64,000 nucleotides of DNA from Candidatus Latescibacterota bacterium (GCA_965223905.1 CBDCXV010000010.1:1056001-1120000), one strand, 5' to 3'; shown: positions 37,500 to 48,456, counted from the stretch's first letter. A program made the numbers and translations. The notes: generated by a model not told the origin, from the sequence alone.

Positions 37500-37936
37500 T
37501 GTTTCCCAGCCGCATGCGCATCGTCCGCAACCTCTGCCTGTATCGACAGAGGACGGAGCCACACTGCTTCATCCCAGACCTAGAGTTGTTCCCGCGCCCC
37601 CGTGCTCCGCGCCGTCCCTACGTCTTCAGCGAGCAGGATATGGTGCGGCTCCTGCATCACGCCGAGGACCTTGGTTCAAGCTCAAACTCACCGCTACGGG
37701 CCGAGGTTTATCGTCTCGCACTCGTCCTACTCTACACGGCCGGTCTGCGACGAGGCGAGCTCGTGCGCCTGACACTCTCCGACTACGATGCCGCGCAGCA
37801 AACCCTTCACATTCGGACCACCAAGTTCCACAAATCTCGGCTCGTGCCCCTGTCTCGCGACGCCGACCACGAGATGGACGCCTACCTCGAAGCACGTCGA
37901 CGGTTGCCGCACGGTCCGGATGCCCCTCTGCTGTAG
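37500..37936 (+). pseudogene. Tyrosine recombinase fragment (RIT-like)
   Basis: PYVFSEQD, LLYTAGLRRGE, TKFHKSRLVPL; breaks off after PLL. Confidence 0.85.
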
Positions 37937-38027
37937 GAACTGATGGTGTGGCGGCTTGTCTGACGCTGCTGCATCAGGCGCTGTGTAAAGAAACGCTCCA
38001 CTACCGCAGCGAAGTTGGAGGGAGTGG

Positions 38028-38200
38028 TCATGACCGAGCCTCCAAGCAGTGCTCAAGCCGTCGCATCGCCTCGCGCATGAGCTCGGGCGAGCCGCTCAAA
38101 TACCACTGCGTATCGGCAACATGCACGTGGCCGAGGTAGGCGGACAAGAGAGGCACACGCCGCTCGGGATCTTGACCGGCTCGATACCACCCAACGAGCG
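38028..38200 (-). pseudogene. Tyrosine recombinase C-terminal fragment (RIT-like)
   Basis: WYRAGQDPERRVPLLSAYLGHVHVADTQWYL. Confidence 0.82.
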
Positions 38201-38866
38201 TCTTGGGTGTAGCATCGCTTTTACGCAGCGATTCTGTCGGGCATGTGTAAATGTGGTCTGCTGCAAGTACCAGTTCCAGAAGCCCTCCCATCGTTTCGAA
38301 TGCACCTGGACTCGTAGGTGGAAGTCCGCTGCACCTACCTGAGGGCTCACCGCGAGGAGGATGAACGGCAGCAGGCCTTTGAGAAGAGTATATCTGTTGT
38401 CGGTGACCCTCTTCGCCAATGGCGGTGCAGAATGTAACCTTAAAGAAGATCGAAGAAGAACCTGAACACCTGCAAGAGAGAATCGGATTTCTGTCTCCGT
38501 CGGTCGTACGGCTCGAGACTTGAGGCAGGAATCCAAATGCCCCGAGCTTCTTCACAGCATTCTCGCGAGCAGTCGATATGGGAAATTCAGGAGGGGACTG
38601 CGGTCACGCTATTTGTTGACGACATTACAGAGATTGAGAAAACGTACCCAGGCCAGCGCTGAACGCACATCAGCACATTTGAGGACCCCAAAGCCCATGA
38701 TGTGGGCCCGTCATACGATTTGGGCTGAACGGACGAATCTGGCACAATCGCAGGTGGAACATGATGCGACCTGCGAATCATCACAGCTATTCGTCGTGTC
38801 ACAGAGGGAGGCCCTTGAGACTCCAACGATGGCACCAAACAGCATTCGTGGCGAGTTTGGTTCAGT

Positions 38867-40165
38867 CTATCGTGAGTCGCTTGGAGCGTCGGTGAGGGGC
38901 GTCGGCGGCGTCTGCACTCGCGTGTAGAGGATCGCGTCGAGCACTTGCGGCCAAACGGCCTCCATGCTTCTGCCGTAGCCTATCAGCGAACAGAAGCACG
39001 GCTTCGCGAAAGGGCCCGGCCGCCGCAGGTCGACGAAGAGCGGCGTCTTGCCGTATCGGGCGCAGATGTCTTCGAAACTGCCCGGTGCTGGCTCGTCGAG
39101 CACGAAGCCGCGCCCGAAGCGTCCCGCCTGGCCCTCAGATGCAGCAAAGCCGATGGTGTAAACCCGCTCCCCGTACCACCCGTGCAGGTACTCCCCCATT
39201 GCCTTGCAGCCTCGGCAGAAGTCATCGTTGCCCTCTACGGAGACTTTGGTCAGGTTGTGCGCCTGATGGAATGTCGCTGCCCAGCAGATGATCTTCTTGT
39301 CGGGATAGCGCTCTTCGGCGAGCCAACGGAAGTTCTCGGCCATCCGGCCGTCGCGCATGTTCGTCGTGCCGTACCGACCGTGCTTTTGGGCGGAGTCGGG
39401 CGCGCCTTGCGCGTACTCGAACCTCTCGCGGGCGACGTAGTTGTCGAGGCAGTGCGACCAAAACGCGGTCTCCCTCTCCCCGTGCTTTGCCACCAGCGTG
39501 GGGCGGCTGTCGTCGAAGAGTTCACGCACGCGGCCGAGGGCGGCGACAGCCGCATCGTGCTCCCCCAGAGACGGCTTGTAGGGCCCGGCATTGAGCCGGG
39601 CGTCGGCGCGGAAGAGGGTGATTCTGTCGTCGGTGGAGATCTCCCCGACCGGCCTGAGCATATCATAGAGACGGATCAGAAATTCGCCCGCCAGCCGGCC
39701 CGAGCCGCGTGTGTCGAAGCCGGTGAGGCGAAGGGGCCGCCTCCCCCGGGTGCTTACGAGGTGCTCGAAGACCGGCAGCGCTTCCTTCACATTCCAGATC
39801 CCGAAGATCGAGGCGCGAATCGCGTCAAGCGCCAGCCCATTCTCGATTAGCGCATTCGCCATCTCGCACTCGTAGAGCCCCGACTCGAAGGCGAGCACCT
39901 CGAATCCCATCTCCTCGTGGAGGAAGCGGACGAGCCGCGCCTTGGCGCGGAAGGACTGACCGTCCCCGTGGCTCTGCTCTCCGAGCTGGACGATTCTCAC
40001 ATCCTTGAGGATCCGTTTGAGGGGGGCGAGGTCTCTTGTTCCGGCATTGAAGTCCAGGGTATGGAGACGCAGGGCGTGGCGGTCGAACCAACCCTTCAGC
40101 TCGTGGCCGAGCGGCTGCGAACCCTCTTCCAGGTGCAGTGGCGTAGCGGGGGCAGCCATACTCAC
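38867..40165 (-). CDS. Erythromycin esterase (Ere)-family hydrolase
   Basis: VRIVQLGEQSHG, LVRFLHEEMGFEVLAFESG, RDGRMAEN, KIICWAATFH, MGEYL. Confidence 0.88.
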   Translation of the reverse strand: MSMAAPATPLHLEEGSQPLGHELKGWFDRHALRLHTLDFNAGTRDLAPLKRILKDVRIVQLGEQSHGDGQSFRAKARLVRFLHEEMGFEVLAFESGLYECEMANALIENGLALDAIRASIFGIWNVKEALPVFEHLVSTRGRRPLRLTGFDTRGSGRLAGEFLIRLYDMLRPVGEISTDDRITLFRADARLNAGPYKPSLGEHDAAVAALGRVRELFDDSRPTLVAKHGERETAFWSHCLDNYVARERFEYAQGAPDSAQKHGRYGTTNMRDGRMAENFRWLAEERYPDKKIICWAATFHQAHNLTKVSVEGNDDFCRGCKAMGEYLHGWYGERVYTIGFAASEGQAGRFGRGFVLDEPAPGSFEDICARYGKTPLFVDLRRPGPFAKPCFCSLIGYGRSMEAVWPQVLDAILYTRVQTPPTPLTDAPSDSR

Positions 40166-40418
40166 GCGCGAACCGGCTCTTGGGATGGTCCGTTCTTCTG
40201 AGGTTCGACTGGCAGGACGCCGTGGATTTGGCTTCTTCGTCTACTCATCGACACAGCAAGCGTCCTACCACAGATCCTCGATTCCATGTCGTCGTCAATG
40301 GCACTCGCTTGAATCACAAGGACAATCAGCAGGGCATCCATGGCCACCAGCCCTCCTTTTGCGCCGGCAGGTTGGTCTTCAACGTGGTGATGTCGGTATC
40401 GGGATCGTGGGAGCGCTC

Positions 40419-42266
40419 TCAGTCGTTTTGGAGCGACCGACCCCTCACCCAGTCCCGACTGTACCAATTTGCCTGCTCCCTCCACATACGTGCATACATG
40501 CCGTCGAGTGCCAGCAACTCTGCGTGGGTGCCTTGCTCGACAAGACGCCCTTCGTCGAGTACTACGATGCGGTCGGCCAAACGGGCTGAACCGAGGCGGT
40601 GCGAAACGAGCAGGGCTACAGAACCTACTGCCAGCCGGGCAAACCGCTTAAAGACGTCTGCTTCTGCCAGAGGGTCGAGGGAAGCGGTGGGTTCGTCGAG
40701 CACCACAACGGAAGCCTCCCTCATGTATGACCGAGCGATCGCGACCCGTTGCCACTCTCCGCCGGATAAGTCCGTGCCCTCGGCGAACTCTCTACCCAGC
40801 ATTGCGTCAAAGTCTCCGAGCCGCGTCAACAACTCACCTGCCCCACCCCTGCGAGCTGCCTCCTTCAGCGATTGATCTTCATCCAGTAGCTTCAGATTAC
40901 CAAAACCGATGTTGTGTCGCACCGAGAGGTGATATCTCATGAAATCCTGAAAAACTGACGATGTGTCCGCTCGCATGGACCTAGGATCCATCAAGTTGAG
41001 GGGCACACCGTCAATCTTAATTTCGCCCCCTGTCGGTTGGTACAACCCAAGCATCAGACGGACCATCGTACTCTTGCCCGCTCCGTTCGGGCCAACCAAC
41101 GCGATGGTTTCACCAGGCCCAATGCAGAAAGACACACCATCGAGGGCTGGATTGCTTTGACCGGGATAGGTGAAGCCGACGTCTTTCACCACGATTCCTC
41201 GAGTTCGACCGGCCGTTTTGGCGATTCCTCCCTTCTCTTCTTCATACGGTAGATCCAAAAACTGCAACAAATCCGCAAACCGGAGCACGCGTTCGTACTG
41301 CTGGCCAGACTGCGTCAACAACTCGGTCAGCGCGGTTTGGAAGCGACGTAACGTCTCGAACAACGCAACAAAAGCCGACACCTCCAACGCGCCGTTGACC
41401 GTTAACCAGATTCCAAAGGAAAGCGCCCCCACAAAACCAACATGCGATCCGCTATCAATGACTGCGCGACTCCTGCCCTGGCGATCGGCCAGCGCGACGC
41501 GGCAGTTCGCCAAAGGGCGAGCAAGCTGATACCACCTCTCCCGGAGATATTCACCTATCTGGAACAGTCGTATCTCCTTGGCGGCAGCGCGATCGGTCTG
41601 CAGTCGACTGAGATACTCGGACAGACGCGTGTTTTGGATCTGTTCCTTGTACAGCGAATATCGGCGCCGGCCATGCCGTAATCGGTTGAACATGATCGGC
41701 AGTCCGGCGACGACGACAGCGAGCAGTAAACGAATATCGTAGGAAATTAGGATACCAGCCAGAGACATCAGAATCAAAACGCCTTTCCAACTCTCGGCCA
41801 GTCGGATCATCATCATGATGAAGTCGCCGCTGTTTATGGAACGGCGCGCACTCACCAACAGATCAAAAAACTGAGGATCCTCGAAACGCTCCAACCTCAG
41901 TGCTTGGCTCTTCTCCATGAGCCGCTTTTGCAGCTGCCGCCGGAACTCCTCCTGCGAAAACGAATTGATCCAGATGTGCAACTGAAGCAAAAGCGACTCA
42001 AGCCCCTGGACTGCTGCTAGTAAGACGATCCAAGCCACAAGAGCCTTTAGCGGAGACGCGCCGAGGACGACGTTCTCAGCCACTCCGGTTGTCCGCTCTA
42101 GCACCCAAACGCCAGCGGATGGCAAGATCCCCAGCAATACCATATTCAACACGGTTACACTGCCGATAACGGGCACTGACCGTACGAGCATGACAAGCAG
42201 GGTCAGGCTCAAACGAAACATCGACAGCCATTTGCCTCCCCGCGTCTGCCCGTTCACCGGTACCAC
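40419..42266 (-). CDS. ABC exporter, fused TMD-NBD
   Basis: AKEIRLF, GPNGAGKST, VFQDF, LSGGEWQR, LDEPTASLD, SHRL. Confidence 0.92.
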   Translation of the reverse strand: MVPVNGQTRGGKWLSMFRLSLTLLVMLVRSVPVIGSVTVLNMVLLGILPSAGVWVLERTTGVAENVVLGASPLKALVAWIVLLAAVQGLESLLLQLHIWINSFSQEEFRRQLQKRLMEKSQALRLERFEDPQFFDLLVSARRSINSGDFIMMMIRLAESWKGVLILMSLAGILISYDIRLLLAVVVAGLPIMFNRLRHGRRRYSLYKEQIQNTRLSEYLSRLQTDRAAAKEIRLFQIGEYLRERWYQLARPLANCRVALADRQGRSRAVIDSGSHVGFVGALSFGIWLTVNGALEVSAFVALFETLRRFQTALTELLTQSGQQYERVLRFADLLQFLDLPYEEEKGGIAKTAGRTRGIVVKDVGFTYPGQSNPALDGVSFCIGPGETIALVGPNGAGKSTMVRLMLGLYQPTGGEIKIDGVPLNLMDPRSMRADTSSVFQDFMRYHLSVRHNIGFGNLKLLDEDQSLKEAARRGGAGELLTRLGDFDAMLGREFAEGTDLSGGEWQRVAIARSYMREASVVVLDEPTASLDPLAEADVFKRFARLAVGSVALLVSHRLGSARLADRIVVLDEGRLVEQGTHAELLALDGMYARMWREQANWYSRDWVRGRSLQND

Positions 42267-44326
42267 TCCGCCTGAGTGTTGTACATCTCCCAGTACCTTC
42301 CTCTATCCACCATGAGCTCATCGTGGGTGCCCTGTTCAATTACTCGACCGCCCTCCATGAGGAATATCTGGTCAACAAACCTCGCAGATCCGAGACGGTG
42401 TGAGATGAGGAGTGTCGTCCTCCCTCTCGCGGCCGATTCGAACTGTCTGTACACATTCGCTTCTGCCATCGGATCAAGGGCAGAGGTTGGTTCGTCCAAT
42501 ATCATCACTTGTGGATCCCGCATGAAAGCACGGGCAATGGCGGTTCGCTGCCATTCTCCGCTCGACAGTTCGATCCCCCCATCGAAGGTCCTCCCAAGTG
42601 GAGTCTCGTATTTCTCTGCAAACCTCTCAACGACGCCGGCTATGCCGGCACGGACCGCGGACTGACGGACGCGCTCCACATTCTGAATGTCATCGACCAT
42701 TCCAAGGCCGATCACTTCCCTGACGGGGAGTTCGTACTTCACAAAATCCTGAAAAACGGCTCCAATGATTTTGCGAAGGCTGTGCCGGTCGATCTCGTGG
42801 ATTGGCGTCCCGTCAAACAGAATTTCGCCCGTTCCCAACGGATACAGACCGCATATCAACTTCGCCAACGTGGTCTTCCCGCAGCCGTTCTTGCCGACGA
42901 GAGCAGCAGACGTCCCGGCAGGGATTTCCATATCCAGGCCCTTTATTATCGGTTCCGCTGTTCCCGGATAGGAGAAGTGTAGGTTATTCACGCATATCCC
43001 TTGCTTCAGTGGGCCCGCGACACTTGTCAAGCCGATGCCCTTCGTAGGACTGCCCGGTAGCCAGTCATCGCCGACCGCCTCGCTCTTTCGGGCATCGGGG
43101 ATTGCGCTTTTGCCGCCAATTGGGATCTCACCCCTGTTCGCCTCTGCAAGGTCGTCATTGCGCAGAAAGTCCAGAACATATTGCACCTGCTCTCCGTTTT
43201 CCAAGCCCCAATAAAGGGCGTCTGCAGCTGCGCGCTGGGAATCAAAGTAATGATTTAGAGCCATGATCAGCGCTACGAACACCCCCAAAGTCACCTCGCC
43301 GTCGCCAAGAGACTGGGCGATGAACACGACCGCGCCAAAAACGAAAAGACGCTGAAAGATCGTCACCATCATGCCGAGCTTGAGATGATAGCCCTGCAGT
43401 GCCAAACGTTCTCGCGCCAATTCGCCGAAGAGCCTATCCCACCATCCAACTATGTAGGCTCCCAGCCCAAAGAGGCGGATCTCCTTGGCGGCCTCCCTCC
43501 CGAATAGCAACCCGCCGAGATAGTCGAGCCGACGGGTCGTCTCAGTCCGCTGAAAGAAAAGTGTGTTGACAGACGTCACTTCGGAAATTCTCAACAAAAA
43601 TGAGGGCACAAGCCAGGCGCAAGCGACGAGTCCCAGCACGGGCACATAAGCCCAAATCATCACGATCATGGTGAAGAGCGTTACGAGTTGGGTGCCCGAG
43701 CGCGTGAGATTCGACCAAAACCCAGTCACTGTGCTGACCGCGTTCCGAGCCCGCGTTATGGCGTCATGCACCGCCGCCTGCTCAAGGCTGATCAGATCTA
43801 CCTGCTCTGAACGTTCCAAAACCAGCCGCAAGACTTCGACGCGACCCCGTTCAAAGAGCCGCGCGAACGCGACCTCATGCAATACTCCCACAAGATGTCC
43901 AAGAAGCAGCCCGACCCCAAGGGCGCTCACCCACGGCAAGGCCCTCATGAAGCCATCCTCGACACCCGTGGCAAGCACATCGATCAGCTGCCTGCTCAGC
44001 CATATGGTGACCGCTGGCACTAGCCCACTCACCACCGTTGTACCGATGTAACACACGACAACAAAGGGATGAAGCGACCAGTGGAGGCCAACCGTAAATC
44101 GAAGCCACATGCCTAGATCGCTAGCGCTCTCTTGTGCGATCTTGATGCCGCCAAACAGGTAGCGCCACAGCGCAAGGAATATCCCGATGTCTTCTTGGCG
44201 GAAGGCTATATTGTGTCTCTCCGTCCGGGTCACTCCAACACTCCACAATCGGTTGGTGAAATCCTTACGCAAGGCGGGTTTCTTGCGCTCAACGCCAGGA
44301 TCACCCGCCAATAGGCACACAACCAA
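42254..44326 (-). CDS. ABC exporter, fused TMD-NBD; start uncertain
   Basis: AKEIRLF, GKNGCGKTT, LSSGEWQR, LDEPTSALD; overlaps the partner gene. Confidence 0.9.
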   Translation of the reverse strand: MVVCLLAGDPGVERKKPALRKDFTNRLWSVGVTRTERHNIAFRQEDIGIFLALWRYLFGGIKIAQESASDLGMWLRFTVGLHWSLHPFVVVCYIGTTVVSGLVPAVTIWLSRQLIDVLATGVEDGFMRALPWVSALGVGLLLGHLVGVLHEVAFARLFERGRVEVLRLVLERSEQVDLISLEQAAVHDAITRARNAVSTVTGFWSNLTRSGTQLVTLFTMIVMIWAYVPVLGLVACAWLVPSFLLRISEVTSVNTLFFQRTETTRRLDYLGGLLFGREAAKEIRLFGLGAYIVGWWDRLFGELARERLALQGYHLKLGMMVTIFQRLFVFGAVVFIAQSLGDGEVTLGVFVALIMALNHYFDSQRAAADALYWGLENGEQVQYVLDFLRNDDLAEANRGEIPIGGKSAIPDARKSEAVGDDWLPGSPTKGIGLTSVAGPLKQGICVNNLHFSYPGTAEPIIKGLDMEIPAGTSAALVGKNGCGKTTLAKLICGLYPLGTGEILFDGTPIHEIDRHSLRKIIGAVFQDFVKYELPVREVIGLGMVDDIQNVERVRQSAVRAGIAGVVERFAEKYETPLGRTFDGGIELSSGEWQRTAIARAFMRDPQVMILDEPTSALDPMAEANVYRQFESAARGRTTLLISHRLGSARFVDQIFLMEGGRVIEQGTHDELMVDRGRYWEMYNTQAEWYR

Positions 44327-44483
44327 CCCTCGCCCACTATACCCTTTCGCTTTTGCTTCTCGCGGCGCAAAGCCGACCCTATCATTGTCGAATTGGAATC
44401 AACCATCTCAGGGGTGTTATCTTGGAGTTGACCCCGCATGTCGCGTAAAAACCCGCCGATGTTGACGGTCCCCCAGGGAGGGG

Positions 44484-44654
44484 GTGCACCGGTTGAGTAC
44501 CGTGATCAGGCGCATCATCCCCTCCACAGGTAGTTGGGATCGGTCTTGGTAAACTGTCCCAACATACGGGGGATAATGCGCCTGTACTACCTTGCCCTCC
44601 TCTATGCCCATCGCCGCAGGCCCTCTCCTCACCCACAGATTCTCCAGAGGAGCC
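44484..44654 (-). mobile_element. ISL3 left-end remnant
   Basis: Diverged copy of 25398-25570, including the IR ...CCCACAGATTCTCCAGAGGAGCC and the MMRLITVLNRCT codons. Confidence 0.85.
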
Positions 44655-44976
44655 AAGAAGAAGAATCAAGGCTACTATCGACAGGATAGAGAAACGACGG
44701 TGTCCCGTCGAGGGAGTCGGCATGTTGGTGCGTCGGATGGCTGTCGTGGGCGCCTGCCCTGCGATTACTTCAGTGCGATTACTTCAGATAGATGCCGGAC
44801 TATCGGTTTATTTTTGCGGCGAGACCGCCGGTTGGTTCATCGACAGCTGAGGGCTTCAGCAGGTCACCGATATCGCCCCCACACCAATCAATAGATTTCG
44901 ATTTGGACACCGGGCACGTTGGGACTCGCGTCGACAGTTGCATATCTTTCCGGGGTATCTACTTGGGAGGTCAACT

Positions 44977-45981
44977 ATGGAACTCGACAAAGACAAACTG
45001 CTCAAGATCTACGAACGCATGAGCCTCATCCGCGAGTTCGAGGAGCGGCTGCACGTCGACTTCGCCACCGGAGCTCTGCCAGGCTTCGTCCATCTCTACG
45101 CGGGAGAAGAAGCCGTTGCGGTCGGCGTATGCGCCAACCTCATCGACGACGACTTCATCACCAGTACTCACCGCGGCCACGGCCATTGCGTCGCCAAAGG
45201 CGTCGACGTCAGGAACATGATGGCTGAAATTCACGGCAAAGCGACTGGAGCCTGCAAAGGCAAAGGGGGCTCGATGCATATCGCCGACGTCGACAAGGGC
45301 ATGCTCGGCGCCAACGGCATCGTCGGCGGCGGCTCTCCGCTGGCATGCGGCGCCGGCCTCACTGCCAAAATGAGGGCCACCAACCAGGTCTCTGTCTGTT
45401 TCTTCGGGGACGGCGCCTCCAACCAGGGCACAACCCTCGAGGGCATGAACCTCGCCGGCATCTGGAAGCTGCCGGTCATCTTCATCTGCGAGAACAATCG
45501 CTATGCCCAGTCGACTGCGGCCTCGTACCATGTCTCGGGAAATGACATTGCCGCGCGGGCGCGGGGTTTCGGCATGCCCGCGGCCGCAGTGGATGGCCTC
45601 GACGTGTTCGCCGTGTACGAGGCGACGCACGAAGCTGTCGCGCGTGCACGGCGCGGCGATGGCCCGACGTTCATCGAAGCTCAGACCTATCGCAACTACG
45701 GTCACTTCGAAGGTGACAGCTTTCTCTACCGTCCCGAAGAGGAGCAGGAGCTCCACCGTTCCCGTGACTGCCTGCACCACTTTCGCAGAGCTGTCCTCGA
45801 CCAGCACCTGCTGAGCGAATCCGAGCTGGCCGCTGTCGAGCAGAAGGCCAGAGACGCGATCGAAGAAGCGGTTGCTTTTGCCGGAGAGAGCCCTCGGCCC
45901 AATCCGGCTGATACCCTGACCGATGTTTACGTGGACTTCCCCGATTCACAATTGTGGCCATTTCAGGCGGCGCCGATATAG
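44977..45981 (+). CDS. acoA: TPP-dependent acetoin dehydrogenase E1 alpha
   Basis: GFVHLYAGEEA, STHRGHGH, GKGGSMH, GDGASNQG...ENN, GHFEGD. Confidence 0.9.
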   Translation: MELDKDKLLKIYERMSLIREFEERLHVDFATGALPGFVHLYAGEEAVAVGVCANLIDDDFITSTHRGHGHCVAKGVDVRNMMAEIHGKATGACKGKGGSMHIADVDKGMLGANGIVGGGSPLACGAGLTAKMRATNQVSVCFFGDGASNQGTTLEGMNLAGIWKLPVIFICENNRYAQSTAASYHVSGNDIAARARGFGMPAAAVDGLDVFAVYEATHEAVARARRGDGPTFIEAQTYRNYGHFEGDSFLYRPEEEQELHRSRDCLHHFRRAVLDQHLLSESELAAVEQKARDAIEEAVAFAGESPRPNPADTLTDVYVDFPDSQLWPFQAAPI

Positions 45982-45987
45982 AGGGGA

Positions 45988-47019
45988 ATGAATGTCATGG
46001 CTGACCGATTACTGAGTTACAGGGAAGCACTGAACGAGGCGCTGCGCGAGGAAATGCGGCGCGACCCCGCCGTGGTTCTGATGGGTGAGGATATCTCCGG
46101 GGCGCCTGACAGCGATGACCCCGAACATTTCGATAGCTGGGGCGGCCCTCTGGGCGTGACCAAAGGCCTCATCCACGACTTCGGGCGCGAGCGCGTTCGC
46201 GACACGCCCATTACCGAGTCGGCGTTCATTGGTGCCGGCGTCGGCGCTGCCGCTACCGGCCTGCGCCCGGTTGTCGAGTTGATGTTCATCGGTTTCATGG
46301 GGGTTTGCCTGGACCAGATCACCAACCAGGCTGCCAAGATGCGTTACATGTTCGGCGGCAAGGTGAAAATCCCCTTGGTCATACGCACGATGATCGGTGC
46401 CGGGTTGCGCGCTGCGGCGCAGCACTCCGACTCGATGTACTCGGTCTTCGTCCACTTCCCCGGCTTGAAGGTCGTGGCCCCGTCGACGCCGGCCGATGCC
46501 AAGGGCCTCATCACTGCTGCGATACGCGACGACGACCCCGTGATCTTCTGTGAACACAAGGTGCTTTATGACACGAAAGGTCCGGTACCCGAGGGAGACC
46601 ACGTCGTGCCGCTGGGCAAAGCAGACGTCAAGCGCGAAGGCTCAGACGTGACCATCGTGGCGATCTCGCGCATGGTCCACTTCGCTCTGCTAGCTGCCGA
46701 CGAGCTCGAGAATGCCGGCATCAGTGCCGAGATCGTCGATCCGCGTACGCTCGTGCCGCTCGACCAGGACACCACCCTGAATTCGATTCGCAAGACGGGA
46801 CGGCTGGTTGTTGTCGACGAGGACAACCCGCGCTGCAGCATGGCGACCGACATCGCCACACTTGCCGCAACCCAGGCGATCGAGTACCTGTGCGCGCCGG
46901 TCAAGCTGGTCACGCCGCCGCACACGCCGGTGCCCTTCAGCCCGGATCTCGAAGACACCTATATCCCTTCGCCCGGGCGCATCGTCAACGCAGTCCACGA
47001 AAGCCTCGCGCACAAATGA
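45988..47019 (+). CDS. acoB: Acetoin dehydrogenase E1 beta
   Basis: WGGPLGVTKGL, DTPITES, DQITNQAAK, AAQHS. Confidence 0.9.
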   Translation: MNVMADRLLSYREALNEALREEMRRDPAVVLMGEDISGAPDSDDPEHFDSWGGPLGVTKGLIHDFGRERVRDTPITESAFIGAGVGAAATGLRPVVELMFIGFMGVCLDQITNQAAKMRYMFGGKVKIPLVIRTMIGAGLRAAAQHSDSMYSVFVHFPGLKVVAPSTPADAKGLITAAIRDDDPVIFCEHKVLYDTKGPVPEGDHVVPLGKADVKREGSDVTIVAISRMVHFALLAADELENAGISAEIVDPRTLVPLDQDTTLNSIRKTGRLVVVDEDNPRCSMATDIATLAATQAIEYLCAPVKLVTPPHTPVPFSPDLEDTYIPSPGRIVNAVHESLAHK

Positions 47020-47063
47020 CCTCTCTGCCCGACGTGCATCTGTTGCACCACTGAGAAAGGCTC

Positions 47064-48440
47064 ATGGCTACCGAAGTCGTTATGCCAAAGTTGGGCCTAA
47101 GCATGCTGGAGGGCGTCATCGTCCAGTGGCTCAAGCAGGAAGGCGAATCCATTGAGAAGGACGAGCCCCTGCTCGAGGTCGAGACCGAAAAGATGGTCTC
47201 CGTCGTCGAGGCGCCCGCTTCCGGTATCGTCGCCAGAATCCTGCATCCTGCCGACAGCACGGTGCCGGTCAGTCAGGTGATCGCCGTAATCGCCGAACCC
47301 GGCGAGCCCCTGCCCGACATCGCTCCCTCAAGCGAACCCGCGCAGGACACGACCACACCGCCCTCGCCCGACGTTGCCCCCGCAACGCAGCCCCGACCGC
47401 CGTCGCCGGGCGGCATCGTTCCGGCGGTTCCCGCGGCGCGACGCCTCGCCGGTGATCGCGGTCTCGACCTCGGCGGCATCCCAGGTACCGGTCCCTCGGG
47501 CGTGATCACGAGAGCCGATGTCGAGCGTGTCACGGCCCCTGCCCCCCAGGCAATTGAAAAAGTCGCCTTCTTCAGCGAAGGTCATCGCCTCGACGGCCTA
47601 CTGTATAGACCGCGTGATCTGAAACCGGGGGAAGAACGCCCGGCCGTCATCCTGTGCGCGGGCTTCACCTATCTTAAGAGCCTGGTCATGCCCGACATCG
47701 CCAGAGTGCTCAACGCCGCCGGCTATGTTGCCTTTATCTTCGACTACCGCGGCTTCGGCGACAGCGGCGGACCGCGTTGGCGACTCATACCCGGTGAGCA
47801 GGTCAACGACATCCACGCTGCGTTGACCTTTGTCGCCGATCAACCGCACGTCGATCCCAAACGCCTCGCCGTTCTCGGTGTCAGCCTGGGCGGTTCGAAT
47901 GCCGTCGTCGCAGGAGCACTCGATCGACGCGTGGGTGCTGTGGTGGCGATCGAATCGATTGGCCACGGTGAGCGCTGGCTACGCAGCCTGCGTCGCCACT
48001 GGGAATGGCTGGAGTTCGAAGAGCGCTTGAGTCAGGACCGCTCTCAACGCGTAAGGACGGGTGAGTCTTGCCGTGTAGACCCTCTCGAGATTGTAGTACC
48101 CGATCCCGAGTCTCGAGAATTTCTGGAGGCGGTGTACCAGGAATACCCGCAGATGCGATGTGACCTGCCGTTCGAGACCGGCGAGGCACTGATGGAGTTT
48201 CGACCCGAGGCACATGTCGAGTTTATCGCTCCGCGACCGGTGCTGTTCATCCACGGCGAGGACGACCGCCAGGTTTCTGCCGACGAATCGCGCTGCATGT
48301 TCGAGCGCGCCGCAGGGCCGTCTGAGCTTCACGTAGTGCCCGGCATGGGCCACTTCGACTGGGTCATGTCCGGCAGTCCGGGATTCACTCGGGTGACCGG
48401 CCTGGTGCTCGACTTTCTGCGGCAACACATGCCCGTGTGA
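47064..48440 (+). CDS. Lipoyl domain, subunit-binding domain and alpha/beta hydrolase (AcoC-like)
   Basis: VETEK lipoyl-Lys, GTGPSGVITRADV, DYRGFGDS, GVSLGG nucleophile, HGEDD, GMGH. Confidence 0.8.
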   Translation: MATEVVMPKLGLSMLEGVIVQWLKQEGESIEKDEPLLEVETEKMVSVVEAPASGIVARILHPADSTVPVSQVIAVIAEPGEPLPDIAPSSEPAQDTTTPPSPDVAPATQPRPPSPGGIVPAVPAARRLAGDRGLDLGGIPGTGPSGVITRADVERVTAPAPQAIEKVAFFSEGHRLDGLLYRPRDLKPGEERPAVILCAGFTYLKSLVMPDIARVLNAAGYVAFIFDYRGFGDSGGPRWRLIPGEQVNDIHAALTFVADQPHVDPKRLAVLGVSLGGSNAVVAGALDRRVGAVVAIESIGHGERWLRSLRRHWEWLEFEERLSQDRSQRVRTGESCRVDPLEIVVPDPESREFLEAVYQEYPQMRCDLPFETGEALMEFRPEAHVEFIAPRPVLFIHGEDDRQVSADESRCMFERAAGPSELHVVPGMGHFDWVMSGSPGFTRVTGLVLDFLRQHMPV

Positions 48441-48456
48441 TGATCGACGCCACACA

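Noticed and set aside
38200-38860. Short ORFs between the integrase debris and the Ere-family gene
   Set aside because: No coherent frame or motif; likely degraded sequence.
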